DNA of 64,000 nucleotides, taken from positions 7,070,001-7,134,000 of the forward strand of contig CM075991.1 in NCBI GenBank assembly GCA_038087875.1, written 5' to 3'. This document shows positions 36,382 to 48,862 of the stretch, piece after piece; position 1 is the stretch's first letter; each line of letters starts with the position of its first letter. The notes below the pieces were generated by a model. It had not been told where the DNA came from. It did not search any database and saw only the letters and a list, made by a program, of their open reading frames with translations. This DNA comes from Malacoraja senta (lineage: Eukaryota). Position numbers and translations under genes: made by a program.

Positions 36382-39300
36382 CTATTAATTTACTGTAATT
36401 TACTCTAATTCTGCACAAATCCTATATCATTCTCGCACATTCCTACCATGCAACTGCTGTCTATCAGTGGTGGAGGGCATGAATGTTTATTTTGGTTGTT
36501 CGGGTGCCAATGGACAGCTTTGTTTTTGAAATATTGACCTTCTCGAGAGCTGATAGTACCAGTGAGAGGAGAGTATTCCTTCACATTCTGGCTTATGGAT
36601 AGAGGGAGGCCTTGCGGTGTCAGGAGGTCATTTGCCATTGGATACCCAGCCTCTAGTCTGCTTCTAAGGCTATGGTACTCACAAAATGTGGCTTTTTCTG
36701 AAGAAGTGTCTCAACCCAAAATGTCACCTATTCCTTCTCTCCAGAAATGCTGTCTGTCCCGCTGAGTTGCTCCAACATTTAGTGGCTATCTACAATTTAA
36801 ACCAGCATCTGCAGTTCCTTCCTACACTCTAAGGCCATGGTATTGGATTTGTAAATAGGAATTTGAACTAATCTCTTCGGGTTTCTTATGGGTACATTGG
36901 TTAAAATTACCTTCTTAGGTTTCACAATCCATGGATCCAACTTTATTTAGGTAAAATGTGTAGGATGGAACTGCAGATGCTGATTTACACCAAAGATAGA
37001 CACAAAACGCTGGACTAACTCAATAGATCAGGCAGCATGTTTAAGAAGGAACTGCAGATGCTGGAAAATCGAAGGTAGACAAAAATGCTGGAGTAACTCA
37101 GCGAGTCAAGCAGCATCTCTGGAAATAAGGAATAGGTGACCCATTGGTCAAGACGAGTCTGAAGAAGGGTCTTGACCCGAAACATCACCTATTCCTTTTC
37201 TCCAGAGATGCTGCCTGACCCGCTGAGTTACTCCAGCATTTTACGTCCATCTTTTATTTAGGTATAGATGTGTGGGTGTGAAGAGACGATTGTGGCTTAT
37301 CAGCCTGGTGATAAAGTTCAACAAAGTATTCGACCACAGGCTTATTCATGAAGTTTAGCGCTGTAACATATTTGGAATCCTGGAGACGCGATTGATTGTA
37401 ATGTGAGAGTTCATTAAACGATCAATCTTTGCTGAAGCCAAGCTTTGTAGTGTAGCTACGTCCGATACTGGAGAGCATCACTTGCATCCTTCAACCACTC
37501 TTTCCACAAAAAGAACTATCCAGCTATTCAACTATCTTGAGTTTGCTGACTATCTATCTCCCAGTGTGTACCTGAGTCATTTGTCCACACAGGTACCAAC
37601 CCAGAATGAGGTTAAATTTGATTTGCCAGCTCACCGTTGCTCATCCGAGTTTGATTTCTCCGTGTCCCTTTATCCCTGCGGCAGTATCGAGCAGTGTTTC
37701 TTTTAACAAAGTAATCTGCGGGAGAGTGATAGGGAAAATATAAAAATGAAAAACAACTGCAGCGTTTTGAATGAGACAAAATTGATAGTCAATAAGCTGG
37801 GAAGAGAATGGGTATCAGAATGCAGCACGGATGTGCAATGGTCTCGTCTGAAGTGCAGGCAAAATTGAGAAATTGATAAGCTGACAGCAAAATATTGGAA
37901 TAAATCCTCATTTCTTATGATTTTGCTTTAGTGACAGACAGCCTTATCAAAGTCATTGTTTCCAACATTCTGTTTAAATGCAAATTACATTGTTGAAGTG
38001 TCTGGTTTGATTTCTGCAGTGGGGCTTCATTCTGTCCGTGAAGGGAAAATAGCTACTACAGCTCCGTAGACTGACTGGAGGAATCAAACCTGACTGGTTA
38101 ATCTGCATTAGAGTGAACAGTGATACAGTCTGCGGTGAATTCAAAAATCAACCAACACAAAGTCTGTGACTGTAGGCAATACTCAAACCTTAAATGAATT
38201 TTTCACTTCACGGTCTGTAGTATGATTTAAAATACCATCATTCAAAAAAGATGTTACTAGCAAAAGAGATTAACCGCAGCACCATTTGAAGCAGATGAGA
38301 CTCATGAATATAATCGAGCGTCTTACCTGAAGATTTATTTTCCTTCCAGAGTAAATGACAAACCTCATTTCTGTCCAATCTGAAGTGCCAGAAATGCCTT
38401 TTTAGTTTACCTGATAGCAATGGTTTTATATGTCAAACTGGAAATATCTTTCCATAGCAGCTTGTCCTTTCTAATCTCTCCTTCCTCCCTCCTGATTTCT
38501 CCTTTTTGAGTGTTGTACAACACTGAACGAGATGAAAGTTGAAAGTTGCGGAACATGTTCAGAACGGCAACGAAGGCTTTCTTGAAAATGGGAAAGTACT
38601 TCATCATTCCTAGCATGATCCGGGCACCAACCTCGTTTCTCCTAAATTCACCAGAGTGGACATCTGCAACTTGTATCCGCTCCTCTGACAACATCTGTGG
38701 TTGATTTGTACTTCATGCTTCATGGACATCTCCACGCTAGATTTGTATTCATGTGGATTTCAACTCCAATTGTTCCAAGGGAAATCCTTTGAAAATTGCA
38801 ATGGAGAAAAGCAATTGTGTTCTTATCCTATTGGTTTTGGCTTTAAATTAAAATATTCTTTAAATTGTGAGACCCTCTGACACAACTGGTCATAGAATCA
38901 TAGAGTCATACAGCACGGAAACAGGCCCTTCAGCCCACCTCGTCCATGCCGACCAAAATGATGGGGCCTCTGCTTGGAAAGATAACTGAACCAGACTGAG
39001 TGAAGAAGCTGAGGTTAGCCAACCGATTATCCTGTTGTTAGACACAACATGGTGGAGTAATTCAGTGGGTCGAGACACAAAATGTCAGCTATTCCTTTTC
39101 TCCAGAGATGCTGCCTGACCCGTTGATTACTCCAGCGTTTTGTGTCCATCTTCGGTGTAAACCAGCATCTACAGTTCCATCCTGCACAGATTATCCTGTT
39201 TGCCAGATATATTCTGTGTATCTACTGCCACAAAGTATCATTCCTTCATCCTTTGTTGATCTCTAAATTGAAGTCACCATGGGCTTAACCGTAGAGTGCT

Positions 39301-39668
39301 GTAGTATGTCAGTGGGCTAGGCAGCATCTCTGGAGGGAATGGATGGGTGACGTTTCAGGTTGCGACCCTTTTTCAGTCTCTGAAGAATTCTGAAATCTGA
39401 AGAAGGGTCCCGACCTACACTTCGTATATCCATTCCCACCATAAGAGAGACCCACTGAGTTACTCCAGCATGTTGTGTTTTACTCAAGGTTCCAGGATCT
39501 GCGATTTTAGTGTCAGCATTGGATTGTTTGACAGATATCATTGGCATATAGTGAGAAGTGGTCTTTACATGTTGAGAAGATGTTTTCTTAATTTCATACC
39601 ATTGATCCCAAATACATGCTTGTACATTAACTGGCGACTGTAAATGACCATCACTGTAAATAGGTTAA

Positions 39669-40005
39669 TGTTCATAAGTGATAGGAGCAGAATTAGGCCA
39701 TTTGGCCCATCGTCTACCCTGCCATTCAATTATGGCTGATCTATCTTTCCCTCTTAATCCCATTCTCCTGCCTTCTCCCCATAAGTGATAGGAGCAGAAT
39801 TAGGCCATTTGGCCCATTGTCTACCCCACCATTCAATCATGGCTGATCTATCTTTCCATCTTAACCCCATTCTCTTGCCTTCTCCCCATAGCTCCTGATA
39901 CCCATACTAATCAAGAATCTATCTATCTATCTCTGCCTTTAAAATATCCCTTGACTTGGCCTTCACAGCCTTCTGTGGCAATGAATTCCACAGATTCACC
40001 ACCCC
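39669..40005 (-). mobile_element. CR1 3' end with tandemly duplicated 3' UTR (period about 107 bp)
   Basis: cataagtgataggagcagaattaggcc..ccttctcccc repeated at 39673 and 39780. Confidence 0.85.
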
Positions 40006-40555
40006 AGTAGGAGATTCAGAGTGTGGGACAAATGTTGAAAGGTAAGTGAGAGGGAGTAGGTTGGAATGAGCTTGAACACCTGTGAGAGCCAGCATAACCT
40101 CAATAGGCCGAAGGGCCTCCTTCTGTGTCATCAGGAAATATGAATAAAAAGTATCGCATCGTTAACCTGCTTTAAACAGATCATAAAATGCATTGTCAGT
40201 TAAGGTATACAACAGACTGTATGATTTGGTTGAAAGAGGCAATAGATCACTTTGGAGATGATTAAATAGATTACGTCTTGTACTCTTCATGGAGGATAGA
40301 TTCAAATTATAAGATGCATGCTGTTGTATGTAGATTGAAGTTAAGATGAAAATATGGTGTCAATGTTATCATTAAGATAATATGTAACTACAGAGTGGTA
40401 TTTCTGTAATCAATACCTTATCCTCTCCATATCCTTGAAATAAAATAGTTTTGTGTACCCAGAGCAACCAACCATGGGAGATTGACAACAAACGTTATTA
40501 AGTTGCTGAAAAATCTTCTGGTGACAAAAGAAATCTTAAATATCTGCAAGGTTTC

Positions 40556-41635
40556 AGAAAGAACTGCAGATGCTGGAAAAATCGAAGGTACACAAAAATG
40601 CTGGAGAAACTCAGCGGGTGAGGCAGCATCTATGGAGCGAAGGAATAGGCGATGTTTCGGGTCGAGACCCTTCTTCAGACTGATGTGGAGGTGGGGGGAG
40701 GACGGGGCGGGAAGAAGAAAGGAAGAGGTGGAGACAGTGGGCTGTGGGGGAGCTGGGAAGGGGAGGGGAAGGAGGGAGAAAGCAAGGACTACCTGAAATT
40801 GGAGAAGTCAATGTTCTTACCACTGGGGTGTAAACTACCCAAGCGAAATATGAGGTGCTGCTCCTCCAATTTGCAGTGGGACTCACTCTGGCCATGGAGG
40901 AGGCCCAGGACAGAAAGGTCGGATTTGGAATGGGAGGGGGAGTTGAAATGCTGAGCCACCGAGAGATGAGGTTGGTTAATGCGAACTGAGCGGAGGTGTT
41001 GGGCGAAGCGATCGCCAAGCCTACGCTTGGTCTCACCGATGTAGAGCAGCTGACACCTAGAGCAGCGGATGCAATAGATGAGGTTGGAGGAGGTGCAGCT
41101 GAACCTCTGCCTCACCTGGAAAGACTGCTTGGGTTCTTAGATGGAATCAAGGGGGGAGGTAAAGCGACAAGTATAGCATTTCCTGCGGTTGCAAGGGAAA
41201 GTACCAGGGGAGGGGATGGTTTGGGTGGGAAGGGACGAATTGACCAGGGAGTTACGGAGGGAGCGGTCTCGGTGGAAAGCCGAAAGGGGAGTAGATAGGA
41301 AGATGTGGCCATTGGTGGGATCCCGTTGGAGGTGGCGAAAATGTCGGAGGATTATCCGTTGTATGTGATGGCTGGTAGGGTGGAAGGTGAGGACAAGGGG
41401 GACTCTGTCCTTGTTACGAGTGGGGGGGATGGGGAGTGAGAGCGGAGCTATGGGATATAGAGGAGACCCTGGTGAGAGCCTCATCTATAGTCGAAGAGGG
41501 GAACCTCCATTCCCTAAAGAATGAGGACATCTCCGATGCCCTGGTTTGGAACACCTCATCCTGGGTGCAGATGCGGCGTAGACGGAGGAATTGGGAGTAG
41601 AGGATGGAGTCCTTACAGGAAGCAGGGTGGGAAGA
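40556..41635 (-). mobile_element. Penelope-like retroelement (Neptune-type), 5'-truncated: RT thumb, Cys linker, GIY-YIG endonuclease, terminal repeat
   Basis: SSHPASCKDSILYSQFLRLRRIC; PCNRRKCYTC linker; NLIYCIRCSRCQLLYIGETKRRLGDRFAQH..HFN..LEEQHLIFRLGSLHPSG.N; followed by hammerhead core at 40651-40678. Confidence 0.92.
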
Positions 41636-41638
41636 CAT
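40789..41638 (-). pseudogene. Disrupted Penelope RT/GIY-YIG ORF fragment
   Basis: domains are spread over ORFs 41414-41638, 41137-41484 and 40789-41115, separated by a frameshift and a stop. Confidence 0.85.
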
Positions 41639-42410
41639 TAACTATCAGCAATGTCTTTCAACTGAAATTGGGCTCACTGAACTCAACTGAAGATGATGGC
41701 ATTGAAAATTTTTAAATGCAAACTGATTGTTTCAACTTACTTATCGAATAATATGCAGAAATAAAGAACTGCAGATGTTGGTTTATACCATTACGCAGAT
41801 GATATAAAATTGGAAAATCTGGCACAGAAATTTATCCTCAATGCAATATGATATGGCAGTGTGTTGTACACATCCAAATTTTGCATTCAATGAAGACATG
41901 AAGATCGATTACAACATAGCCGCTACTATTTACAGATATTAATAATCGCGCCAAAAGAAATATTAAATGTGACCATATTTATTCATCTAACCTTGAACAC
42001 AAACTGTGAATACCAATGGAAAATAGCATTCTGCTCAATCAGTGAGCAACAGAAAGGACATTGATTCGAGAAATTAATCTTCCTTGAACTAAGACAAGGT
42101 TCAGAGCTGGCTGCAAGTAAGGTAAAGTCTACACAGAGAATATTAGATCAGAGACTGAGTCTCATCGTGTAAGTCACCAGCCAAGGCTACGTGGAAAGGT
42201 CATCTCTCAAAGAGAAAGATAATTAAATGGTGCCAGTCTTGGGTTATAAATGACTGGAGGTTCCGGGAAGAGGTGTATCAGTAACTAGTGCTGTCGGGTC
42301 TTGTTTAAGATTAAATAAAATGATTACCATTTGTGCACTGCAGAATATTTCCATTCAACCAATAACCCTTGTATAGTCATACACTGTATGCCTGCAGCAA
42401 CACAGAGTAA

Positions 42411-42528
42411 GGCGGCACAGTGGCACAGCTGTTTGAACCACTGCCTCACAGAGCCAGAGACCTGGCTTCGATCCTGACCTCGGATGCTGTCTGTGCGGAG
42501 TTTGCATGTTCTACCTGTGACCACGTGT
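42411..42528 (+). mobile_element. HE1-like SINE head (its tail probably at 43514-43536)
   Basis: ggcggcacagtggcacagc..ttcgatcctgacc. Confidence 0.75.
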
Positions 42529-42530
42529 GA

Positions 42531-43424
42531 TTCCTCGAACGTAGCCCCCAGCGATGCATGTTGGCGTTGAACCGGCCGACCCCTGTACGGTGCCGGTTCA
42601 GGGCGACGCACTCTTTGCGGAGCAGGTCCAAGCCGGGTGGGGCTGTGGTGTTCGGTGCAACAGTGAATTACAGAGGTCGTGAAGTCTGTTCCCAGCTAGT
42701 TCTCCATGCTCCTCGTGTGTTGAAACCGGAGCCACACAGGGTCGCTGCGTGATGGGAGAAGGGGCGACGAGATGACAGGCGTTGAGGTCCTGGGCAAGGT
42801 GGTGCAAAGGATGTTTGGAATCCGATGGGGCCTTGCACACCAGCCTGTGGGTGAAGTACTCTCTGCGAAGCTTGGCGGGTGCAACACCTGCGAGCACCGG
42901 CAGAAGATCCGTCGGAGTGGGGCGTAGGCAGCCGGTGATGATCCGCAAGGTGTCGTTGAGGATGGTGCCTAGCTTGCTAGTATGAGCGCTGCTGCACCAT
43001 GCTGGGGCGGTGTACTCAGCGGCGCTGTACACGCGTGCAAGAGCACTGGTTCGGAGATTAGATGTCCTGCCGTCCCATGATGATCCAGCCAAGCAACGCA
43101 GGGGGTTGTTCCGCGCCGAGACTTTAGCATGGAGAGCTTCCAGGTGTTGCTTGTAGGTCAGCTGCCGATCTAGTTTCACCACGAGGTATGTAGGAAATGG
43201 GTTATAGGGTAGGGGTGACCCATTGACGGTGACGGTTAACTGGCGTTGAGCTTCCTTGTTGTTCAGGTGAAAGGCCGTTGTGGTGGTTTTTGCCACACTC
43301 AGTTTTAGTCTCCAGGTCCTAAGGTAGCCCGCGACAAGTTCCATATCCGCCGAGAGCACATCGTCCACGTTTGTCCAACTCCTGTCCGAATGCAGTCGGG
43401 CCAGGTCATCTGCGTCTCCATACT
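42531..43424 (-). mobile_element. Vingi/Ingi-like LINE fragment (RT motif C to C-terminal region)
   Basis: ADDLA..YLRTWRLKLSVAKTTTTAFHLNNKEA..LDRQLTYKQHL..LAGSSW..LRTSALA.VYSAAEY.APAW..ITGCLRPTP; LNRHRTGVGRF; GC-rich. Confidence 0.8.
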
Positions 43425-43490
43425 GGCTCATGTTGTCGACCTCCCCGTGGTGAGCCCTGTCAACTGACCTCAGTCAGGCGAGCGACAACA
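43425..43490 (+). ncRNA. HDV/CPEB3-like ribozyme fold (5'-clipped, probably decayed)
   Basis: P1 GGCTC/GAGCC(CT); P2 TGTTGTCG/CGACAACA; P3 ACC/GGT; L3 TCCCCGT; P4 CTGAC/GTCAG; J4/2 CGAG; all in canonical order. Confidence 0.75.
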
Positions 43491-43855
43491 AGCAGAGGCA
43501 GCCGCAGAAATACAACTAAACTAAACTAAACTAAACACATTGTAGCCGAAGGAACAAAACAAATGAATAATTGGACTAGAATATAGACCAACATAATATT
43601 GACATCATTTTGAATTCCACCATAATGGTTGACAGCGTTTAAATTCAATAAATCAGGAATGGATAACTGGAGTTGGTGACTTTATCTTGCACTAATGTTA
43701 TTCCCTTTATCCTGTATCTGTATAGTGCGGGTGGCTTGATTGTAATCATGTGTGGACTTTCTGCTGACTAGATGACAGACAACAAAAAAGCTCTTCACCT
43801 TTACCTCAACTAAACTAAACCCATCTGGTTTGTCAATGTCCTTCAGTGACCCTGG

Positions 43856-44161
43856 TTTGTTTAGTTTAGCCATACTGCGCGAAAGCAGGCCCTTCGGCCC
43901 ATCACGTCTGCGCCGGCCAGCGTTCCCTGTATACTAGCACTATCCTACACACGAGGAACAATTTACAATCTTTGCCAAAGCCAATTAAGCTGCAAACCTG
44001 TACGTCATTAGAGTGTGGGAGAAAACCGGAGCACCCAGGGAAAACCTACTTGGACAAGGGGAGAACATATGAACTCTGTACAGACAGCACCCGTGGTCAG
44101 GATCTAACCCAGGTCTCTGGCGCTGTGAGGCTGCAACTCCACCGCTGCGCCACCGTGCCGC
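43856..44161 (-). mobile_element. HE1-like SINE, full length
   Basis: accgctgcgccaccgtgccgc head, V-domain, caggcccttcggccca tail. Confidence 0.9.
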
Positions 44162-44238
44162 TGGGTCTTCATTAATTAATTTCTAACTGCAGGCCACACA
44201 ATTCAGGGGATGCACAATAAATATTGACCTTATTAGTG

Positions 44239-44602
44239 TAGGAAAGAACTGCAGATGCTGGTTTAAATCGAAGATAGACACAAAGTGCTGGAGTGACTCA
44301 GCGGGACTGGCAGCATCTCTGGAGAGAAGGGATAGGTGATGCTTTGGGTCAAGACCCTTCTTCAGACTGTCTCCAGTGATGCTGCCTGTCCCGCTGAGGC
44401 ATTCCACCATTTTGTGTCTATCTTCAGTCTAAACCAGCATCTGCAGTTCCTTCCTACACTATCTCCAGGCATCTTCATCTCTGGATCATTTCAGTTATTT
44501 TTTGTCTGAAGAAGGGCCTCCGACCCGAAACGTCACCTATTCCTCCTCTTCAGAGATTCCGCATCTCCCGCTGAGTTACTCCAGCATTTTGTGTCTATCT
44601 TC
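44239..44602. mobile_element. Composite Penelope mini-element (three arms plus captured unique DNA)
   Basis: 13-bp TSD gaccttattagtg at 44226-44238 and 44603-44615. Confidence 0.85.
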
Positions 44603-45505
44603 GACCTTATTAGTGATGTTCACATCACATGGACAAATACAAAAAGTATTTCTGGCTAGTTTGCTGAAAGTTCTGCTTATTCCATACTGTTGAATATCGG
44701 AGAGCTGCAAATGCTTGTATGTTGTGAATTTAAATCAAGCAACTGTGAGCAATTTTCTATCTTATGAACTCTGGCCCACTTCTCTTTTCAAAAGAAGAAA
44801 GACTCACTCGTTCAATCTTTATTGAGATCTCTCAGTCCTTGTACATGTTTGTGATTTTATCTCATCCTCTCTAGTGTCTTTAAATCTTTTTTAAAGACTT
44901 TAGAAAACTAATCAGTATAAGCCACTCAAATGTCCTTGTATTTTTTAATTATAAATTTAACATACTTGTTCATTTCTGATGTGCAGTGTTCTTCACAATC
45001 GAACTCATCAAACAGTGGGAAATAAAGCTCATCTGTTCTTTACTGCTTTGTGTTGCTGATCAGTGATAGTTTTTCTACTCTCTTTCTCCTTTGACAAACA
45101 GTGTCTCCTTCATTCTGAAGCATGGTAATGCACTTATCTGCACAAGAAGCATGGCCTCTGAAGTGAGCCAAAACTCAAGGTACTTGAGGAACAGCGGGTC
45201 AGGCAGCATATGTGGAGGGAATGGACAGGCAACGTTTTGGGTCGGGACCTTTCTTCAGACTCTGTGAGATATTAGCAATGTACATGAATGAATGAAAGAG
45301 GGAGAGTAGGTAATGGTTGTTGGGGGGAAAGGGGAAACTGTGTAATGGAGAAAGGGGTTCAGGGAGAGAAGGAGACTATCTTAGACATGCGAATTGGTAG
45401 ATTTTGATGTGAACAGAACTGGGTCTGGAAGATTGGGGCTTGGGAAATGGGAAGGTTAAAACTAGGTATAAGATTGAGGTACACTTTGCTCAGGTCAATC
45501 AGTAA

Positions 45506-45815
45506 AGGCCCTGTCCCACTTTCCCGAGTTACTCACCAATTCTCCCGAGTTTTCCCCTTGATTCAAACTCGGAGAATTACGGTAATAGCCAGCCGTGGGT
45601 ACTCGGGGCTATTTTTTTTACTCGTGGACATTTTTGCAACATGCTGAAAAAACGTCCTGACTTACCGGATGCCCCGAGTACCTACGGCTGGCATTACGAG
45701 CCGCTATGAAATATCTACTGACTCCTACGGACTCGCTACGGACATTCTCTGAGTTTGAATCAAGGGGGAAACTCGTGAGAATTCGTGAGTAACACGGGAA
45801 CGTGGGACAGGGCCT
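45506..45815. mobile_element. PIF/Harbinger-like MITE 5 (same family as MITE 4)
   Basis: TAA|aggccctgtcccactttcccgag ... gtgggacagggcct|TAA. Confidence 0.9.
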
Positions 45816-47185
45816 TAACATGTTAGCATTTGTTCTTGAGAGCATTTGATAAACATCGGGCAAAGTCGTGCATGCAAGCTGTGTACTAAGTCTGGCTTCA
45901 TCAAAGCCAATGCACCCATTGATTTCTTCAATTTCAAGTAGCTGTTGCATTCCCTCTCTCTCTGTCCTGCCCCCACCCTAGTGGTCCTGGTAGTTTCAAT
46001 GTTCGTATCCCTTCGTCATCACCTTCTCCACAGCCAACAAGGGACCATTGTGGGCTCCTTGACAGGTCTGAATTGTTCTGTACCTTTTCATACCTCTAGT
46101 TTCCCTCTCCCCTGACTCTCAGTCTGAAGAGATGTCACCTATCCCTTTTCTCCAGAGATGCTGCCCGACCCGCTGAGTTACTCCAACATTTTGTGTCTGT
46201 CTTGACTGAACACATGATTCTGTCACGTACATGCTCAGTGGACTGTGGATCCTACTTGAAAGAGCAGCTTTACACAGGAGCTGAGTCAAATCAAAATGCC
46301 AGGTGCAGTTGAGTCCTGTTTAAGGTTGCATCACTGCAGATCGCTGTTAACCAAAGGGTAAAAATGCAGAAGCATTTGAAGGGGATGGTAGCATGATGGA
46401 CAGGGGCTCCTTTCAACACTGAGCAATAGAAAACTCGACAGTTGTGCAGAGAGCCAGAAACGCAACAATAGAACAGTTACTTAAGACGCAATTAAAAAAA
46501 ATCTTTCAGCACTTCACCATAGATTGTACTTTTCAAACGACTAGTCATAGATTCAGTGGCATGCCCTCTGGTCACTGTCATGCTGCCACTTTGAAAAGGC
46601 TGCCGTCTTTATTTGGAAGGATGAGAGAATGGAACCAGCATGTGGATGAATAATGAATCTGGTGGGGTATTCACTGGGAGAGAAGCTGTGTCATGTCCTT
46701 TTAATACAGTTCCACAGACATCTGCAATCAACGTGAGCGTTAATGTGATTGTGCCTTCGACAATAATGGAAAGCGCAGTCAATTTCTCTCTGCAGGCCAT
46801 TTTGTTTGCTGCTATCAAAGGTGAGGGTCACCAATGCTGAGGAACAGATTTGGTTTTCTTTCTGTACTGTGCGTTCCCAGGTCAGCAAAGGCACGATTCA
46901 GTGGCAGAGCAAAGCTCTTCCTGCACGCTTCAAACCTCCAGCTTTTCAATTGGGATCATAAATGCCTTTTGAATGTTGTCTGAACAGAGTAGGCTTGGTT
47001 GCGAGCATAATAAAACTGCCGCATTTCATTACAGTTATGTTTTTTGTGCTTTATTTCCCTGCCATGTGGCAATGAAATGGACACAGGCCCTTCGGCCCAC
47101 TGAGTGCATGCTAGTCACTGATTGCCTATTTGCACTAATCCACTTTAATCTCCCCACATTCCCATTAGTTCCTTACGCATTTGGA

Positions 47186-47708
47186 ATATTGTGAGCAATT
47201 TTGGGCACCATAGCTGAGGAAGGATGTGCTGGCTCTGGAGAGGGTCCAGAGGAGGCTTACAAGAATGATCCCAGGAATTTAATAGGTTAACCTATGATGA
47301 GCATTAGTCGGCACCGGGCCTGAACTCGCTGGAGTTTAGAAGAATGAGGGGGGACCTCATTGAAACATACAGAATAGTGAAAGGCTTGGATAGAGTGGAT
47401 GTGGAAACGATAGAGGTCATAGCCTCATAATAAAAATACGTTCTTTTACGAAGGAGATGAGGAGGAATTTCTTTAGTCAGAGGGTGGTGAATCTGTGGAA
47501 TTCTTTGACACAGAAGACTGTGGAAGCAACGCCAGTGGATATATTTAAGATATAGTAGATAGATTCTTGATTAGTACAGGTGTCAGAGGTTATGGGAAGA
47601 AGGCAGGAGAATGGGGTTAGGAGGGAGAGATAGATCAGCCATGATTGAATGGCGGAGTAGACTTGATGGAACGAATGGTCTAATTCTACTTCCTTATGAC
47701 TTTATGAT
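47186..47708 (+). mobile_element. CR1 LINE 3' fragment
   Basis: tgtgagcaattttgggcacca..ctggagagggtccagaggagg..gtgaatctgtggaattc..3' UTR. Confidence 0.85.
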
Positions 47709-48499
47709 TCTTCCGCTCATACCGTCAATTAATCTACTATCCCGCACATATTGGGGATATGGAGGGATACCAGAGCACTTGGAGAAACCCAACGAGAGAG
47801 ACAACATATACTGAAAAATATGTATATCAGGTAGAATTAATGAACTGCAAATGGTAGTTTACCACCGAAAGACACAAAATGCTGGAGTAACTCAGCGGGA
47901 CAGGCAGCATCTCTGGATAGAAGGAATGGGTGATGTTTGGGAAGGGACTCTCCTTTGGACAAATATATACAAACCTGCAAATTTATGAATAACAGTTTTT
48001 TACAATCTGCCACGTTAAGTTGCTTCAGGAAGGATCAGCCTTGATGGATGAGTTTTAATATGGCATGTTTAAATATAATATGTTGCAGTGTATCTCATAT
48101 ACTTGCAGGCACAAACAGGCAGAATTGGTTCGTTTCACACTGTGTCATATACACTGTTGGTCTATTTTCATTGACATTTAGGCCAATCTGGATCCAGGAG
48201 TTTCTTCTGTGAAAGATATTAATTATTTCTCACTTCCAAAAAAATGATGTTCAAGTTGATGTGTGAGCATGGGCTGGACAATTAAACCTCTGTTTGATTG
48301 TTTGATAGAGTCAATATGTTTTGCCATTGCAATGAGGGGAATAATGCCTGGGCAACTTTTGGCACAAGTCATGTATGTATTGGACAGCCATGCATTGACA
48401 TGAAATGCAGTCAAATGAAATTTGGTGCCATTCCCAATTTGGTGCTAGTCCCAGCAATTCTGGGCTATCGCTATCTGTTTCTCAGCTTAAAATGTTACA

Positions 48500-48862
48500 T
48501 TTTAGTTTTAGTTTAGAGAAACAGCGTGGAAACGGACCGGTCGGCCCACCGAGTCCGCGCTGATCAACGTTCAACAGTACACTTGGTCTATCCTTCACAG
48601 CAAGGGACAATTTACAGAGGCTGATTAACCTACAAACCTGCACATCTTTGAAATGTGGGAGGAAACCATAGCACCCGGAGATAGCCCACACAGTCACAGG
48701 GAGAATGTATAGCCCACACAGTCACAGGGAGAATGTATAACCCACACAGTCACAGGGAGAATGTATAACCTCCATACAGACAGCACCGAATCTGGACATA
48801 GTCAGGATCGAATCTGGGTCTCTGGAGCTGAAAGGCGGCAACTCTATCGCTACGACAATGTG
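48500..48862 (-). mobile_element. HE1-like SINE with internal tandem expansion
   Basis: SINE tail, V-domain and head flank the 28-bp repeat. Confidence 0.8.
48681..48770. repeat. 28-bp tandem repeat x3
   Basis: ata(g/a)cccacacagtcacagggagaatgt at 48681, 48709, 48737. Confidence 0.95.
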
